A DNA stretch of 64,000 nt from Candidatus Cloacimonetes bacterium 4572_55 (GTDB taxonomy: Bacteria > 4572-55): the NCBI GenBank assembly GCA_002084765.1, contig NBMB01000031.1, positions 3,821 through 67,820 on the forward strand. The letters run 5' to 3'. The notes beneath the pieces are model-generated. The model made no database searches and was not told where the DNA came from. It saw only the letters and a program-made list of their open reading frames with translations. The position numbers and the translations under genes were made by a program. Below, piece by piece: positions 18,889 through 31,966 of the stretch (within the stretch, counting starts at the first letter, position 1; every line of letters begins with the position of its first letter).

Positions 18889-19854
18889 TTAATCGAACCG
18901 TATTCTCGGGTCCAGGACCGAGTAGAACACATCTGCTACTAAGTTTCCAAAAATGACCATAACCGCGGATATAAAAGTGGTCGCCATAACTAATGGATAG
19001 TCACGGTTAAATATAGAATTTATAATCACTTGACCCATACCTGGCCAGGCAAAAATCACTTCGACGATCAGGGATCCGCTCAACAGAAATGGGATGCTCA
19101 GACCCGCGATTGTGACAATTGGGATCAACGCATTGCGCATCGCGTGTTTCCAGATAACCAAAAATTCTGGCAGTCCTTTTGACCGTGCAGTCCGGATGTA
19201 GTCCTGACGGATCACTTCCAGGAGGCTGCTGCGCATATATCGCCCTTTTGAGGCTGCGTTGCCGATAGCCAGCACAAAAACCGGCAGGATCGCATGCTGA
19301 ACTCGATTCCATAAGTAAGGAAGGAGAGTCAGGGTGTCGGCGTCTATGGATCGGACGTTAGACGCGGGGAGGAGACGCAGTTTTAAAGAAAAAATAATGA
19401 TTAGCATCAATGCCAGCCAAAACGAGGGCATGGCATAGATAAAAAATGATAGGACAGTCACCAGATGATCATAGATCGTATATTTCTTGAGCGCGGATAC
19501 AACGCCGATCGCAATGCCGGTGATAATAGACAGGAGTAATGATGTGGAGCTTAATAATAGGGTATGGGGAACAGCGTCAAAAAGCACGTCCTTGACCGGG
19601 CGATTATGAGAATAGGAATGTCCGAAATCGCCTGTCAAAAAATTTTTGATCCATTTAAAATAGCGGATCGGCAGAGGGTCGTTTAAACCGAATCGCTCCG
19701 CCATGATTTCCCGTATTCCAGGGCTGATCTCTGGATTAACATACATTGCCAGAGGATCGCCGGGCGTCAGATTGATCACGAAAAAGGTGACGGTCAGAAC
19801 CCCCAGAATAATCGGAATCGAGGTGAAAACGCGGCGGATGATATATTTTGGCAT
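18889..19854 (-). CDS. ABC peptide transporter permease (OppB/DppB type)
   Basis: 321-aa ORF. MPKYIIRRVFTSIPIILGVLTVTFF, DYIRTARSKGLPEFLVIWKHAMRNALIP. Confidence 0.9.
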   Translation of the reverse strand: MPKYIIRRVFTSIPIILGVLTVTFFVINLTPGDPLAMYVNPEISPGIREIMAERFGLNDPLPIRYFKWIKNFLTGDFGHSYSHNRPVKDVLFDAVPHTLLLSSTSLLLSIITGIAIGVVSALKKYTIYDHLVTVLSFFIYAMPSFWLALMLIIIFSLKLRLLPASNVRSIDADTLTLLPYLWNRVQHAILPVFVLAIGNAASKGRYMRSSLLEVIRQDYIRTARSKGLPEFLVIWKHAMRNALIPIVTIAGLSIPFLLSGSLIVEVIFAWPGMGQVIINSIFNRDYPLVMATTFISAVMVIFGNLVADVFYSVLDPRIRFD

Positions 19855-19901
19855 GGGCGTGTTCCAGTCGAAAATTTAGTAATTTGGACTTCATGATAGG
19901 G

Positions 19902-21539
19902 TCACGGCTCCTCTATCCACCATTCCTCCATGTTATAATAGACGCCTTTGGGCCACGTCTTGACGCCTTTTATCCGGTTATCTATTGCGTCCACATGATC
20001 CTTGACATAGAGAAAAGTATAGGGCTGATCCTCGTATAAAACCTCTTGAAATCGATACCAGATATGGCGGGATTTGTCTTTGTCCAATGTGCGTCGTCCC
20101 AGATCGATCAGAGAATCGACCGCGGCGTTGGCGTAATTGTGTTCATTATATCCGCTCGCAATGGATTTGGAATGCCATATATCTGTCGGGTCAAAAGTGA
20201 TGTTCATGGACCAACCGGAGATTAGCGCCTCATAGTCTCGAGCAGTTTGTTGCGCGATCATCACATTAAATTCGACGATCTCCAAGACCGCTTTTACGCC
20301 GATTTTTTTTAGATCGGCTTGGATCATCGTGGCTGCGTCAATACGCAACTGGCTGTTGATATTGGTTTTCAGAACAAAGCTCAGGTTTTTCCCCTCTTTA
20401 TCCAAAATGCCGTCGTCGTTTCCATCAGTCCAACCTGCTTCCGCCAATAACGATTTCGCCTGTTCCGGATCGTATGGCAGGGGTTTCAGCCTCGAATTAT
20501 AGAAATCTTTTCGAGCTGGGTGGACGGGACCGATACACTCGCGCGCATATCCATGGAAAAGCGCGTCCACAATCTGCCGTCTGTTAATCCCCATAGTCAT
20601 GGCGCGGCGAATCCGGCGATCTTTGAACAGCGGATGGTCGTGCAGCCATCCGATATATTCATAACTTAAACTTGGATATATCAACATATTGAGATTCGGA
20701 TTATCTTTTTGCAGGCTCTCCACCTGTTCCGGGGAGACAGATTGCACCAACTGCACAGAGCCGGTCTTAAGAGAGGTCAAACGAGAGATTTGGTTTGGGA
20801 TCACACGGAAAATAAAGCGGTCTATATGAGGTTTGGAGAAACCATATTCCGGGTTTTTTTCAAATTCGATCAATTGTCCCCGCTCCCATCTCTTAAGACG
20901 GTAGGGACCGCTCACAACGGACGGATTCTCATTAAAAGGGTGGTCGCGCATTTCTTCGCTACTCACGCGGTCAAAGACATGTTTGGGGAGAACCTCGAAA
21001 TTGATATGATCCAACTCATTGGCATAAACTTCTTTAAAATGAAATTTTATCTCATAATCATTTATCACCCTGCATGTATCCACAAAGTCAAATCTGCTAA
21101 AGTGGGGGTAACCGATGACTGGATCAATCATTTTTTGGTAGGTAAACAACACGTCATGGGCTGTGATAGGCACGCCGTCCGACCAACGAAGGTTTTCTTG
21201 CAAATAGAGCGTGACGTTCAAAAAATCCTCAGAAAATCGCCACGAATGAGCCAGGCAAGGGCGAAAATCCGAGCCGCGAATTTTCAAGTTCTCATTATAT
21301 GTCAACGTTTTGAGAAAGAGAAATCTACGCAGTTCTTCTCCGTGAGATTGTTGAGAAAAAAGCGTATTCCAACTGTCAATGTCAGAACTGATGGCTGATA
21401 CTACGGTTCCCCCATTTTTTTTCTGAAGGGAGTTTCCATCATTTTTGCTGCCTTTATTGTCTTTATCAGAAGAACAACTGAACAAAAACAACGCTACTAA
21501 AAAACAGATCAAAGTTGTCCGACGCATATTTTTCTCCAT
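19902..21539 (-). CDS. ABC transporter substrate-binding lipoprotein, family 5 (OppA/DppA-like), paralog 1
   Basis: 545-aa ORF with lipobox LFLFSCSS. WSDGVPITAHDVLFTY, YRLKRWERGQLIEFEKNP and the C-terminal ...YYNMEEWWIE. A close paralog of the next gene. Confidence 0.85.
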   Translation of the reverse strand: MEKNMRRTTLICFLVALFLFSCSSDKDNKGSKNDGNSLQKKNGGTVVSAISSDIDSWNTLFSQQSHGEELRRFLFLKTLTYNENLKIRGSDFRPCLAHSWRFSEDFLNVTLYLQENLRWSDGVPITAHDVLFTYQKMIDPVIGYPHFSRFDFVDTCRVINDYEIKFHFKEVYANELDHINFEVLPKHVFDRVSSEEMRDHPFNENPSVVSGPYRLKRWERGQLIEFEKNPEYGFSKPHIDRFIFRVIPNQISRLTSLKTGSVQLVQSVSPEQVESLQKDNPNLNMLIYPSLSYEYIGWLHDHPLFKDRRIRRAMTMGINRRQIVDALFHGYARECIGPVHPARKDFYNSRLKPLPYDPEQAKSLLAEAGWTDGNDDGILDKEGKNLSFVLKTNINSQLRIDAATMIQADLKKIGVKAVLEIVEFNVMIAQQTARDYEALISGWSMNITFDPTDIWHSKSIASGYNEHNYANAAVDSLIDLGRRTLDKDKSRHIWYRFQEVLYEDQPYTFLYVKDHVDAIDNRIKGVKTWPKGVYYNMEEWWIEEP

Positions 21540-21553
21540 TTCAGTTATTCGAT

Positions 21554-23224
21554 TCAGTTATCAGAAGGGTCGTTGATCCACCATTCTTCTGGATTAAAAT
21601 TGATTCCCAGGGGCCACGTTTCGATTCCTTTTACTCGCCGGCTGACTCCGTCCAGATTATTTAAGATATACATGAAGGTTACAGGTTGATCTGCATAAAG
21701 TATTTCCTGAAATTCATACCAAATTTTTTTCGCCTTGTCTCGATCCAGAGTTCTTCTGCCGAGATCAATCAAAGAATCGACTTTGGGATTGGAATACTCG
21801 AATCGATTAAACCCGCCAACCATCGCGCTGGAATGCCAAAATACCTTGGGGTGATTCACGATGCCCATACGAAATCCAGAAAGTGCCGCGTCATACTCCC
21901 GATTTTTCAACTGTGTGATCATCACGCTAAACTCGACCATGTCCTGTCTCATCTCTATCCCGACCTGCTTCAGATCGTTTTGAATCATGGTGAGCGCGTC
22001 TCGTCGTCTGCTATTGCCCAGCCCTGTTTTCATTGAAAAGGAGAACTTTTCGCCTTCTTTATCCAAAATACCATCGTCGTTGGAATCCCGCCATCCCGCC
22101 TTATGGAATATTTTTTTTGCCTGTTCGGGATCATAAGGAATCGGTTTCATCTGCTTGTGATATATCTCTTTATAAGCGGGGTGGATCGGACTGATACACT
22201 CTTTACCGTATCCCATCAGCAGAGCGTCTACGATCTCTCGACGGTTGATGGACATAGTTAACGCCCGACGCATCTCTCGATCCGAAAAAATTGGATGTCG
22301 CTCCAGCCAGGCAATATAGTCGAAAGACATGCCTGAATAGCTCAAGACTTGAATTTTATCCGCATGATTTTTTTTTATCTCCTCTGCTTGTTCCGGCAAA
22401 AGACCCGGGACAATGTCCACGTCCCCGATCTTGAGATTTGTGACCCGGCTGACCGCGTCGGGAATAATGCGGAACACAATGCGGTCAAGGTTCGGCTTTT
22501 GGAAGCTACACATATCGTTCTGGGTCAACTCGATCATTTGTTGACGTTCCCATCTTTTGACGCGATAGTGACCGTTGACCACAGTTGGATTTTGATTATA
22601 GTCATGGTTGATAAATTCTTCCGCGCTGATATCCCCAAAGATATGGCTGGGCAACGGGGTGATTATATTCACATCGTCAAGCTCGTTCGAGTAAACCTCT
22701 TTGAACCTGAAAGTCACCTCGTAGTCACCCTTGACGATACATTCCTCAGTCAGATCGAAATGACTCCTGTTGGAACAAGGAATATTTGGGTCAGTCATTT
22801 TATCGAAAGTGAATTTGACGTCGTGAGCCGTGACCGGTACGCCGTCTGACCAGGTGATGTCTGAGCGTAAAATCAGCGTCAGTTCTAAGAAATCCTCTGA
22901 AAATCGCCACGATTTGGTCAAACAAGGTCTATAATCCGACGTATGAAGTTTGAAATGCACGTCGCGCCTGAGCAAATTAAGATAGATTAAACCTTGAATG
23001 TCAGACGCGGCTGAGAGCGTGGATAGAATAGGGTTGAAATTGTCAATATCGGTTTTCATGGCGATGACAACTGTCCCTCCGGACGGTTCAGAAGAGTCGG
23101 AAGATTCCTCTTGATCGGGAGGATAGCACCCTGTTGATACGATAGATAAAAGTATAAATAGCAATCTCAAAGCCGTCTTATAGCTCATTGGTTTTTCCTG
23201 GAAATACAATCCGCGGATCAACAA
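21554..23224 (-). CDS. ABC transporter substrate-binding lipoprotein, family 5, paralog 2
   Basis: 556-aa ORF. The likely true start is MSYKTALRLLFILLSIVSTGC at 23188. WSDGVPVTAHDVKFTF and YRVKRWERQQMIELTQN are collinear with paralog 1. Confidence 0.85.
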   Translation of the reverse strand: MLIRGLYFQEKPMSYKTALRLLFILLSIVSTGCYPPDQEESSDSSEPSGGTVVIAMKTDIDNFNPILSTLSAASDIQGLIYLNLLRRDVHFKLHTSDYRPCLTKSWRFSEDFLELTLILRSDITWSDGVPVTAHDVKFTFDKMTDPNIPCSNRSHFDLTEECIVKGDYEVTFRFKEVYSNELDDVNIITPLPSHIFGDISAEEFINHDYNQNPTVVNGHYRVKRWERQQMIELTQNDMCSFQKPNLDRIVFRIIPDAVSRVTNLKIGDVDIVPGLLPEQAEEIKKNHADKIQVLSYSGMSFDYIAWLERHPIFSDREMRRALTMSINRREIVDALLMGYGKECISPIHPAYKEIYHKQMKPIPYDPEQAKKIFHKAGWRDSNDDGILDKEGEKFSFSMKTGLGNSRRRDALTMIQNDLKQVGIEMRQDMVEFSVMITQLKNREYDAALSGFRMGIVNHPKVFWHSSAMVGGFNRFEYSNPKVDSLIDLGRRTLDRDKAKKIWYEFQEILYADQPVTFMYILNNLDGVSRRVKGIETWPLGINFNPEEWWINDPSDN

Positions 23225-23337
23225 ATCAATTGCCCGCGTTTTTCAGCGAGTTGCGGATGACAGAGGGAACTCATAAATTCATAATCTTAAGAATAACGAT
23301 TTATAGGAATCCATGCAAGGGATTTTTCCCGGTTTTG

Positions 23338-23679
23338 TTATCGACTTGTGCGCCAAAAGTAAACGCCGCCAGCGATAATTGCCAGGACACTGGCGAGAAA
23401 TAGGATGAATGATCCGAAAAATTGTAGTTGAAAGTAGGTGCGTATCAGATCCGTATCAGACGGGTTGAGCTTGGGCCCGTATGCGATTGTCGTATGAAAG
23501 TGGAGTAGGGCGTAGATGATGATCAATCCAGCGGAAATGAATGGAAGCGGCCACAAAGGAATTTTTAATCGTATAAGCTGCAGTAGAAATCGTAAGACAA
23601 TACCAATCAAAACAAGGGCAACGGCAAAAAGTAGGATGCCGAAAGCAAAAAAAATTTCTTGCAGTGTGCTTACAAACAT
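23338..23679 (-). CDS. Small integral membrane protein (4 predicted TM helices), hypothetical
   Basis: 113-aa ORF made almost entirely of hydrophobic helices. No family recognised. Confidence 0.5.
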   Translation of the reverse strand: MFVSTLQEIFFAFGILLFAVALVLIGIVLRFLLQLIRLKIPLWPLPFISAGLIIIYALLHFHTTIAYGPKLNPSDTDLIRTYFQLQFFGSFILFLASVLAIIAGGVYFWRTSR

Positions 23680-23736
23680 TGAAATCTCCTCATTTGAGCG
23701 TTCTCTGATCGTTATAAAATCTATATTTACGAGTGT

Positions 23737-24102
23737 TTACCGACGACGTGTTTCCGGTGTGGAACGAGGCCGGATAATGTGCATAAATTGCAACGTGCCG
23801 CCCATAGAAAATATACCAGATAGGAGAAATGCCGAATAACCAATCCACCGCTGCAAATTAGGCATCATCAGTTTTTCCTGCCCATACGCGACAGCGGATA
23901 GGAGAACATAGAGCAAGATTCCGGACGGCGCGATCAACATATATTGCCATTTTGTCGGCTTATGAAAAACGATCTCGTACCGGCGGGCGATGAGCGCGAG
24001 AAAAATGAAGGTTCCCCATAGAAAAACCGCGCCCATAATTAAAAATAGATTGTGCATGGTGATATACCAAAATTGTTGGGTTTCAGTCAAAATATCTAAC
24101 AT
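23737..24102 (-). CDS. Small integral membrane protein, hypothetical
   Basis: 121-aa ORF with 4 hydrophobic segments, tandem to the previous gene. Confidence 0.5.
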   Translation of the reverse strand: MLDILTETQQFWYITMHNLFLIMGAVFLWGTFIFLALIARRYEIVFHKPTKWQYMLIAPSGILLYVLLSAVAYGQEKLMMPNLQRWIGYSAFLLSGIFSMGGTLQFMHIIRPRSTPETRRR

Positions 24103-24233
24103 TGTCCTTTTCTCCTTACATCAGTCAGCTCATATTTATGTAACGAATAATGGTAGATGACGACTGATACGCTTTTTTATTAAAAAATCGTTTTACTTGG
24201 TGAAAATTCGAGATATGAAAGACTCAATATGGG

Positions 24234-26288
<2,055 letters not shown>

Positions 26289-26311
26289 TTATGTTGTTGT
26301 TATTTCTATTA

Positions 26312-27637
26312 TTAAATCATTTTATTTAATTTTTTTTTTAACTTTCCCTGGACAAAAGAAATATGAAAGATCAGGCTATACAGCTCGTTCATATAACTCA
26401 AAGGAACAGAAATTTTGGCGATTTGATCCTCGATTTGACGCAGTCGATCCATTTGTTTCTCGATTTTTTCCGGATTGGTTTGATTTTTTGTCTCGTACTC
26501 CACATCTCGGATCAGACGGTACCATCGGTAGATACGGGAACGGATTCTCCAGCGGTACGTAGGCGTTGCCAAACGTCCCAGGGGGATCAGAAGCGTCAAC
26601 AACGGCAATAGAAATATTTTCATACGATCCAACATTGACACTGTCCAAAAGGAGATATAACGCAGTAAAAATGGCGGTCCCCACTCGATAAAACGTTTGG
26701 CGTCTTTATTCAAAGTCAGGTGCGTGTATTGGTCAGAAGGAAAGCTATATGAAGCTTTGGAAAAGATCGAGTGCCGATTATGAATCTGTGTGATGACTTG
26801 CAACATCAGGGGAATCATGGCAGGGTGAATATCTTTCCGGCAGACCAGATTTGCCGTTGGAGATAGCAAAATTGTCGTCTGATCCGGGATGTTTTTTTCC
26901 AGATCGATTGCGCCTTCCGGAAGAACCACGCTGGAAAGAAAGGGATATTGGCTGCAATAGGCTTTATGCCGGCGGAAACTCATCAGGCGGATGTCTGGCA
27001 TGGTGAATAACTCACGGATGAGAACGGATTGGGGACTGGTCACGAGAGAAAAAACGTCAATCTCGCCAGCGGCTAAAGCTCTGATTGCCTCGACGCCACC
27101 CAATGGGAGCAGTTCTGTATTTTCCGACGTCAGACCGTTATCGCCCAAAAGAAGGATCGCGAGTTTCCGGTTACCGCTCCCCTCGCCGCCGACAGCGACT
27201 TTTTTTCCCTTAAACAGGCGAAGATCGTCGATCTCCTCCTCATTCCGATAAAATATCCATAGCGGTTCAAAATAGAGACTGCCCAGAGATTGCAGCGACT
27301 CTTCTGCATTTGATACTGTCACGCCTCCCTGAACTAAAGCCAGGTCCACATCGTGATCCAATAATCCTTGCAAATTCTCTAACGACCCCCTGGTCTGGAC
27401 AACATCGAGTGTGATATCCTCTTCCGCTAGCGTAGTCTGGTATACCTTGCCAAATCGATAATACTCGCTCTCAGCTCTGCCGGTAGCGATCACAAGATGG
27501 TTCGGAGGCGGAGGCTCTACAAAAAGAAACGCTATGAAAAAACCGATACCGACCAGTAGACCGACAAATATCCACACTTTCAGATCGTATTGTTTGACAA
27601 ACGCGACGCTTTTATCTATAAATAAAATTTTTTTCAT
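26312..27637 (-). CDS. TAXI-family (TRAP-associated) solute-binding-like protein with N-terminal anchor and C-terminal membrane/coiled region
   Basis: 441-aa ORF. LVIATGRAESEYYRFGKVYQ...VQTRGSLENLQGLLDHDVDLALVQG resembles TAXI receptors. There is an N-terminal TM helix and extra hydrophobic helices near residue 330. Confidence 0.7.
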   Translation of the reverse strand: MKKILFIDKSVAFVKQYDLKVWIFVGLLVGIGFFIAFLFVEPPPPNHLVIATGRAESEYYRFGKVYQTTLAEEDITLDVVQTRGSLENLQGLLDHDVDLALVQGGVTVSNAEESLQSLGSLYFEPLWIFYRNEEEIDDLRLFKGKKVAVGGEGSGNRKLAILLLGDNGLTSENTELLPLGGVEAIRALAAGEIDVFSLVTSPQSVLIRELFTMPDIRLMSFRRHKAYCSQYPFLSSVVLPEGAIDLEKNIPDQTTILLSPTANLVCRKDIHPAMIPLMLQVITQIHNRHSIFSKASYSFPSDQYTHLTLNKDAKRFIEWGPPFLLRYISFWTVSMLDRMKIFLLPLLTLLIPLGRLATPTYRWRIRSRIYRWYRLIRDVEYETKNQTNPEKIEKQMDRLRQIEDQIAKISVPLSYMNELYSLIFHISFVQGKLKKKLNKMI

Positions 27638-27936
27638 TTTTTCCCCTTAACCCACCAAAACATCTCGGAATAAAAATCGTATAGATAGCCAATAATAAAA
27701 AAATGTCATTCAAAACGCTATTTTGAATTTTACCCTTTAAATTTCAAAGGCTTTTAAGCCTGAATTGCTGTGGTAAAAGTAGTCAATTTTTCTATATGAG
27801 GCAATAAGAATTTAACAGATGATTGAGGATCTTCGCTAAAATTTTTCGATCGCTAAAGAAACCCGAATCATAAAATCGGCATATTTATTGCTTTATCCAT
27901 GAAATAAAATAATCGAAAATTTTCGAGTAAATTTAT

Positions 27937-28161
27937 CCTGCATTATTCACAATCCTCGGGGAACCGGAGGTCTCAGATGTTTGATATTTAATGGGTTAAA
28001 GTCTATTTTTAACGACATTTCCAAGAGAACTCAGCTTCTATGAGAATTTCAGAACCCTTATTTGGGCTGACTCTAAAAAAAATATAATTCTTTAATTATC
28101 AAATCTTAATCTGCGATAATCTGCGTAATCTGCGGATCGATTTCCGTGATGACGAATAATC
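27937..28161 (+). repeat. Dispersed intergenic repeat element, copy 1 (225 bp), ending 25 nt before the propeller-kinase gene
   Basis: Near-identical to 37608-37906 except for a 74-bp indel. It contains 3 tandem TAATCTGCG(A/G) units at 28107-28135. The ends carry an imperfect inverted ATTATTC motif. Confidence 0.85.
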
Positions 28162-28186
28162 CAGGTTATAAAGTAAAGGAGAAAAA

Positions 28187-31100
28187 TTGTCTATGAGTAT
28201 TATCCAAAAAATTTCTTTTTTCACTCTCGGCGTTATGCTTCTGACGTCAAGCCGGTCGGTTTCCGCCGGCGAACAGCTCCACTTCGAGAAAATTGGGGTG
28301 CAAGACGGCTTGTCACAATCCTCAGTCTCCCATATTTACCAGGATCAGCTGGGTTTTATGTGGTTCGGCTCCGAGGATGGTCTGAACCGCTACGACGGTC
28401 ATGACTTCAAGGTATTCCGCAATAGTCCAATTGATTCGACAACGCTTTCCGAAAATCGAATCATCGGAATTTGGGAAGATGAAAGCAGCCGTTTATGGGT
28501 TGTGACGCAAAATAGAACTCTTCATAAATTTGACCGCCGATATGAGCGTTTCACCCGTTACACGTTACCGACCAATAGTATCAAAAATTTGTCAAGCATG
28601 TCGGAAAATTTACACTTTGGAACAGATGGGAACGGATTGTTGTGGATTTTGGAGGAGGGCATGTTGATCGCTTTTGATCCGGTTAGCGAAAAATCTCTGC
28701 TTATCAAATATGATCCTGACGATCCCAACCAGATCAATTCTCCCCAAATAAAAGCCATTTGCATCAGTCGCAAGGGTCACGTATGGGCAGCCTCCAACAG
28801 CGGTTTGAGCCGGGTCGTGGACTGCCGTATAGCGGAAGGAACCTATCAGGTCAAGACCTTCCGCCATAATCCCGACGATCCACATACGCTCAGTTCAGAC
28901 TCCCTCCGAGTGATACATGAGGATCAATCCGGTATGTTATGGGTTGCCACACGTCGCAGCGGGCTGAATCGGTTTGATCCAAATACAGGCAAAGCGACGC
29001 GTTTCCAACAGACCCCAGACGACTCGCTGAGCCTGAGCGATGATATTGTCCACTGCATCCAAGAGAGCCCAGAGGGGGATTTATGGATCGGTACCGAGTA
29101 TGGGCTGAATCGATTTGATACTGAGACCAATCAGTTTCATCGCTATTATCCGAATCTATCCATATCAGAAAATAGCGAGGAATGGATAAACAGGATCAGT
29201 TCTCTGCTTATCGATCAAACCGGCGGAGTGTGGCTTCTAATTAATCTTTTTGACAAAAAAGGAGTGGTCACTCTTTTTCAGCCGGAGAAGGAGCAGTTTC
29301 TCTATTATTTCCCGGAAGAAAACAACTCTTACAGTCCCACAGGTTTTTGCGAAATGATGTATCAAGATCAATCTGGTGCTTTATGGTTTGATGTAGGCAT
29401 TGATTTGAATAAGGTGAGCCTGACCCGCCAGAAATTTGCTCTGTATCGATCCGATCCTAATAAGCCAGAAGGGATGCCGACCAGCAGTGCATGGTCTATA
29501 TTTAAAGAGAAAGACCAAACCCTCTGGATCGGGACCTCAGAAGGGTTGAGTCGGCTGGATGAAAAGACAAAAAAATGGAAGACTTATACAAATAGCTCCG
29601 ATATATCCTATGGTATAAAGGACTTTTATTTTTCAAGAATTTTCAAGGATTCTAAAGATCGGATCTGGTTAAACGGGAGATCATCCGGTTTGTGTTCTTA
29701 TAATCCGCAGACTGACAGCTTTAAAAGCTATCCTTATATCACTTCAGACGGAAGGACGCTTACTCAATATTCCGCTTCTGGAATTTATGAAGATCGAGAT
29801 GGTGCGATCTGGGTCTGTGTGGCAAATTTTTTAAACCTATTTCATCCGGAAACGGGTCTTTTTACGCGCTATCCGATCTATAAAACTCCAGGCGACACTG
29901 CAAGTTCCCGGGTATTTCCTGGCGTAATTGTCGAAGATTCGGAGGAGATTCTTTGGTTAGGCTCTCGGTCGGGTTTATATGGATTTGACAAAACCGCCCG
30001 AGAAGTCACGTATGCTTTTCATCATAACCCTAAAGACGTCAACTCATTGAGCGATAATGTTGTTATGTCGGTATTTGAAGATAGCCGCGGAGACCTATGG
30101 GCAGGGACATGGGCGGGTCTCAATAAGTTGGACAAAGAGACCGGAAAATTCACCCGATACACCCAGGAAGACGGTCTGCCAAACGATTCAATTTATGGGA
30201 TTTTGGAAGATGAGAGAGGTCGCCTTTGGTTCAGCACGAATCTTGGACTCTCCTGCTTTGATACGGAAAGCGGCTCGTTTCGGAACTATGACATCAAAGA
30301 CGGTTTGCAAAGCAACGAATTTAATGCCGGCGTATTTCATAGGGCATGGGATGGGGAGATGTTTTTCGGCGGGATAGGCGGCATCAGCGCGTTTTATCCA
30401 TCGGATCTCCGGGATAATACCTATAAACCGCCAGTTGCTATCACTGCTTTCAAGAGATTTGACACTCCCGTTATTTTTGACCGACCTCTTGATCAAGTCG
30501 AACAGATCACATTTTCCTACAAAGACACCTACTTCAGCTTTGAATTTGTGGGGCTGGATTATAACGCGCCGGAAGAGGTGCAATACGCGTACATGCTGGA
30601 TGGACTGGATAACGAGTGGCGGAATTTGGGTTCTCGTCGGGCGATTTCGTTTCCCGGTCTGAAGAGCGGCGACTATACGCTGAAGATTAAAGCCGCAAAT
30701 AATGACGGGCTATGGAACGACGATCCGACGTCGGTCAAGCTGACTGTGGCACCGCCGCCCTGGCAAACCTTGTGGGCGTACTGCTTTTATGCGCTCTCGT
30801 TTGGCGGAATAATATTTGGCTATGTGCGCTTTCAAGCAAAAAAGCTGGAACAGGAGCGCATGGTCAATGAGCGATTGCGCCAGATCGACCATCTGAAAGA
30901 CCAGTTCCTCGCCAACACCTCTCACGAATTGCGCACACCCCTGAACAGCATCATCGGTATAGCGGAATCGCTCATTGACGGGGTTGCTGGAGAGCTGCCA
31001 AAACCCGCGATGTTCAATCTTTCCATGGTTGTGACCAGCGGCAAACGGTTGTCGCATCTGGTCAACGACATTCTCGATTTTTCTAAGCTGAGGAACAACG

Positions 31101-31966
31101 AATTGGTTCTCCACAAAAAGCCGATCGATATTCGGCAGATCGCCGAGATTATTTTGACCATTGTTCGGCTGTCGATGGGGCGGGATTCTATCGAACTACA
31201 CAATGATATTCCTGAGGAATTTCCCCCTGTGGATGGCGACGAAAATCGATTGCAGCAGATCATGTATAATCTGATCGGCAATGCGGTGAAGTTCACGGAA
31301 TCGGGCAAGGTGGCCGTATCGGGCGTGCATAGAAACGGCATGGTGGAAATTTTGATCACAGACACCGGCGTCGGAATCCAGAAAGAAAGGCTAAGGGATG
31401 TCTTCAAATCCTTTGAGCAGGCGGATGGATCGATCAGCCGAGATTTTGGCGGAACTGGATTGGGTCTGTCGATCACCAAGCAGTTGGTGGAGCTGCATGG
31501 CGGACGGATCTGGGTGGAATCAGAAGAGGGCAAAGGCTCTTGCTTTACGTTTACGCTGCCGGTCAGCGGAGAGAAATCTGTCCAGAAAGACGATCTCAAG
31601 GATCAGTTGGGCAGATTGCAGGAGGACATGCTGTCTATTGGATCGGTGCCATCGAGCCCCTTGCCCTCAAGCTCGAACTCCTTGCCAAAAAAATCTATAG
31701 TAAGCCACGCGGGCGTAGACCCTCGATTGCAGCCGGTTGAGACCCAGTTTAATTTGCTGATCGTTGACGACGAGCCGGCAAATGTGCAGGTCTTGATCAA
31801 CCACCTCTCGCTGCATCGTTATAATGTGACCAAAGCCTTGAGCGGTCAAGAGGCTCTCGGTCTGGTGGAAAATGGACATAAATTCGATCTGGTCGTGCTG
31901 GATATTATGATGCCGCGCATGTCGGGATTTGAGGTCTGCCGCCGTCTAAGGGAAAAATTCGCATGA
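28187..31966 (+). CDS. Hybrid sensor histidine kinase: beta-propeller repeats + Y_Y_Y + TM + HisKA/HATPase + start of receiver; prematurely terminated by a tandem duplication
   Basis: 1259-aa ORF. Repeated ...D..G.LW.GT..GLNRFD... propeller blades. [16 protein letters not shown] (Y_Y_Y). H-box [37 protein letters not shown]. Receiver [11 protein letters not shown]...[14 protein letters not shown]. The stop is created at the duplication junction. Confidence 0.85.
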   Translation: MSMSIIQKISFFTLGVMLLTSSRSVSAGEQLHFEKIGVQDGLSQSSVSHIYQDQLGFMWFGSEDGLNRYDGHDFKVFRNSPIDSTTLSENRIIGIWEDESSRLWVVTQNRTLHKFDRRYERFTRYTLPTNSIKNLSSMSENLHFGTDGNGLLWILEEGMLIAFDPVSEKSLLIKYDPDDPNQINSPQIKAICISRKGHVWAASNSGLSRVVDCRIAEGTYQVKTFRHNPDDPHTLSSDSLRVIHEDQSGMLWVATRRSGLNRFDPNTGKATRFQQTPDDSLSLSDDIVHCIQESPEGDLWIGTEYGLNRFDTETNQFHRYYPNLSISENSEEWINRISSLLIDQTGGVWLLINLFDKKGVVTLFQPEKEQFLYYFPEENNSYSPTGFCEMMYQDQSGALWFDVGIDLNKVSLTRQKFALYRSDPNKPEGMPTSSAWSIFKEKDQTLWIGTSEGLSRLDEKTKKWKTYTNSSDISYGIKDFYFSRIFKDSKDRIWLNGRSSGLCSYNPQTDSFKSYPYITSDGRTLTQYSASGIYEDRDGAIWVCVANFLNLFHPETGLFTRYPIYKTPGDTASSRVFPGVIVEDSEEILWLGSRSGLYGFDKTAREVTYAFHHNPKDVNSLSDNVVMSVFEDSRGDLWAGTWAGLNKLDKETGKFTRYTQEDGLPNDSIYGILEDERGRLWFSTNLGLSCFDTESGSFRNYDIKDGLQSNEFNAGVFHRAWDGEMFFGGIGGISAFYPSDLRDNTYKPPVAITAFKRFDTPVIFDRPLDQVEQITFSYKDTYFSFEFVGLDYNAPEEVQYAYMLDGLDNEWRNLGSRRAISFPGLKSGDYTLKIKAANNDGLWNDDPTSVKLTVAPPPWQTLWAYCFYALSFGGIIFGYVRFQAKKLEQERMVNERLRQIDHLKDQFLANTSHELRTPLNSIIGIAESLIDGVAGELPKPAMFNLSMVVTSGKRLSHLVNDILDFSKLRNNELVLHKKPIDIRQIAEIILTIVRLSMGRDSIELHNDIPEEFPPVDGDENRLQQIMYNLIGNAVKFTESGKVAVSGVHRNGMVEILITDTGVGIQKERLRDVFKSFEQADGSISRDFGGTGLGLSITKQLVELHGGRIWVESEEGKGSCFTFTLPVSGEKSVQKDDLKDQLGRLQEDMLSIGSVPSSPLPSSSNSLPKKSIVSHAGVDPRLQPVETQFNLLIVDDEPANVQVLINHLSLHRYNVTKALSGQEALGLVENGHKFDLVVLDIMMPRMSGFEVCRRLREKFA

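Noticed and set aside
20709-21398. 229-aa + strand ORF inside the SBP gene; likewise 24483-25172 inside ligA and 30922-31599 inside the kinase gene
   Set aside because: They are antisense shadows of genes with unambiguous family motifs, with no RBS and no motifs of their own.
27947-28018. 23-codon minus-strand mini-ORF inside the repeat element (MSLKIDFNPLNIKHLRPPVPRGL*; MSLKIESNPLNIKHMRPLVPRGL* in copy 2)
   Set aside because: The ORF is open in both full copies, but it has no Shine-Dalgarno sequence. The differences between the copies are mostly non-synonymous, and copies 3 and 4 lack it. It is probably not coding.
28040-28095. Sigma-70 promoter inside repeat copy 1 (TTGGGC ... TATAAT)
   Set aside because: The spacer is 15 nt by my count, and the two hexamers are separated by the 74-bp insertion in copy 2. 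It is therefore not a conserved promoter of the element.
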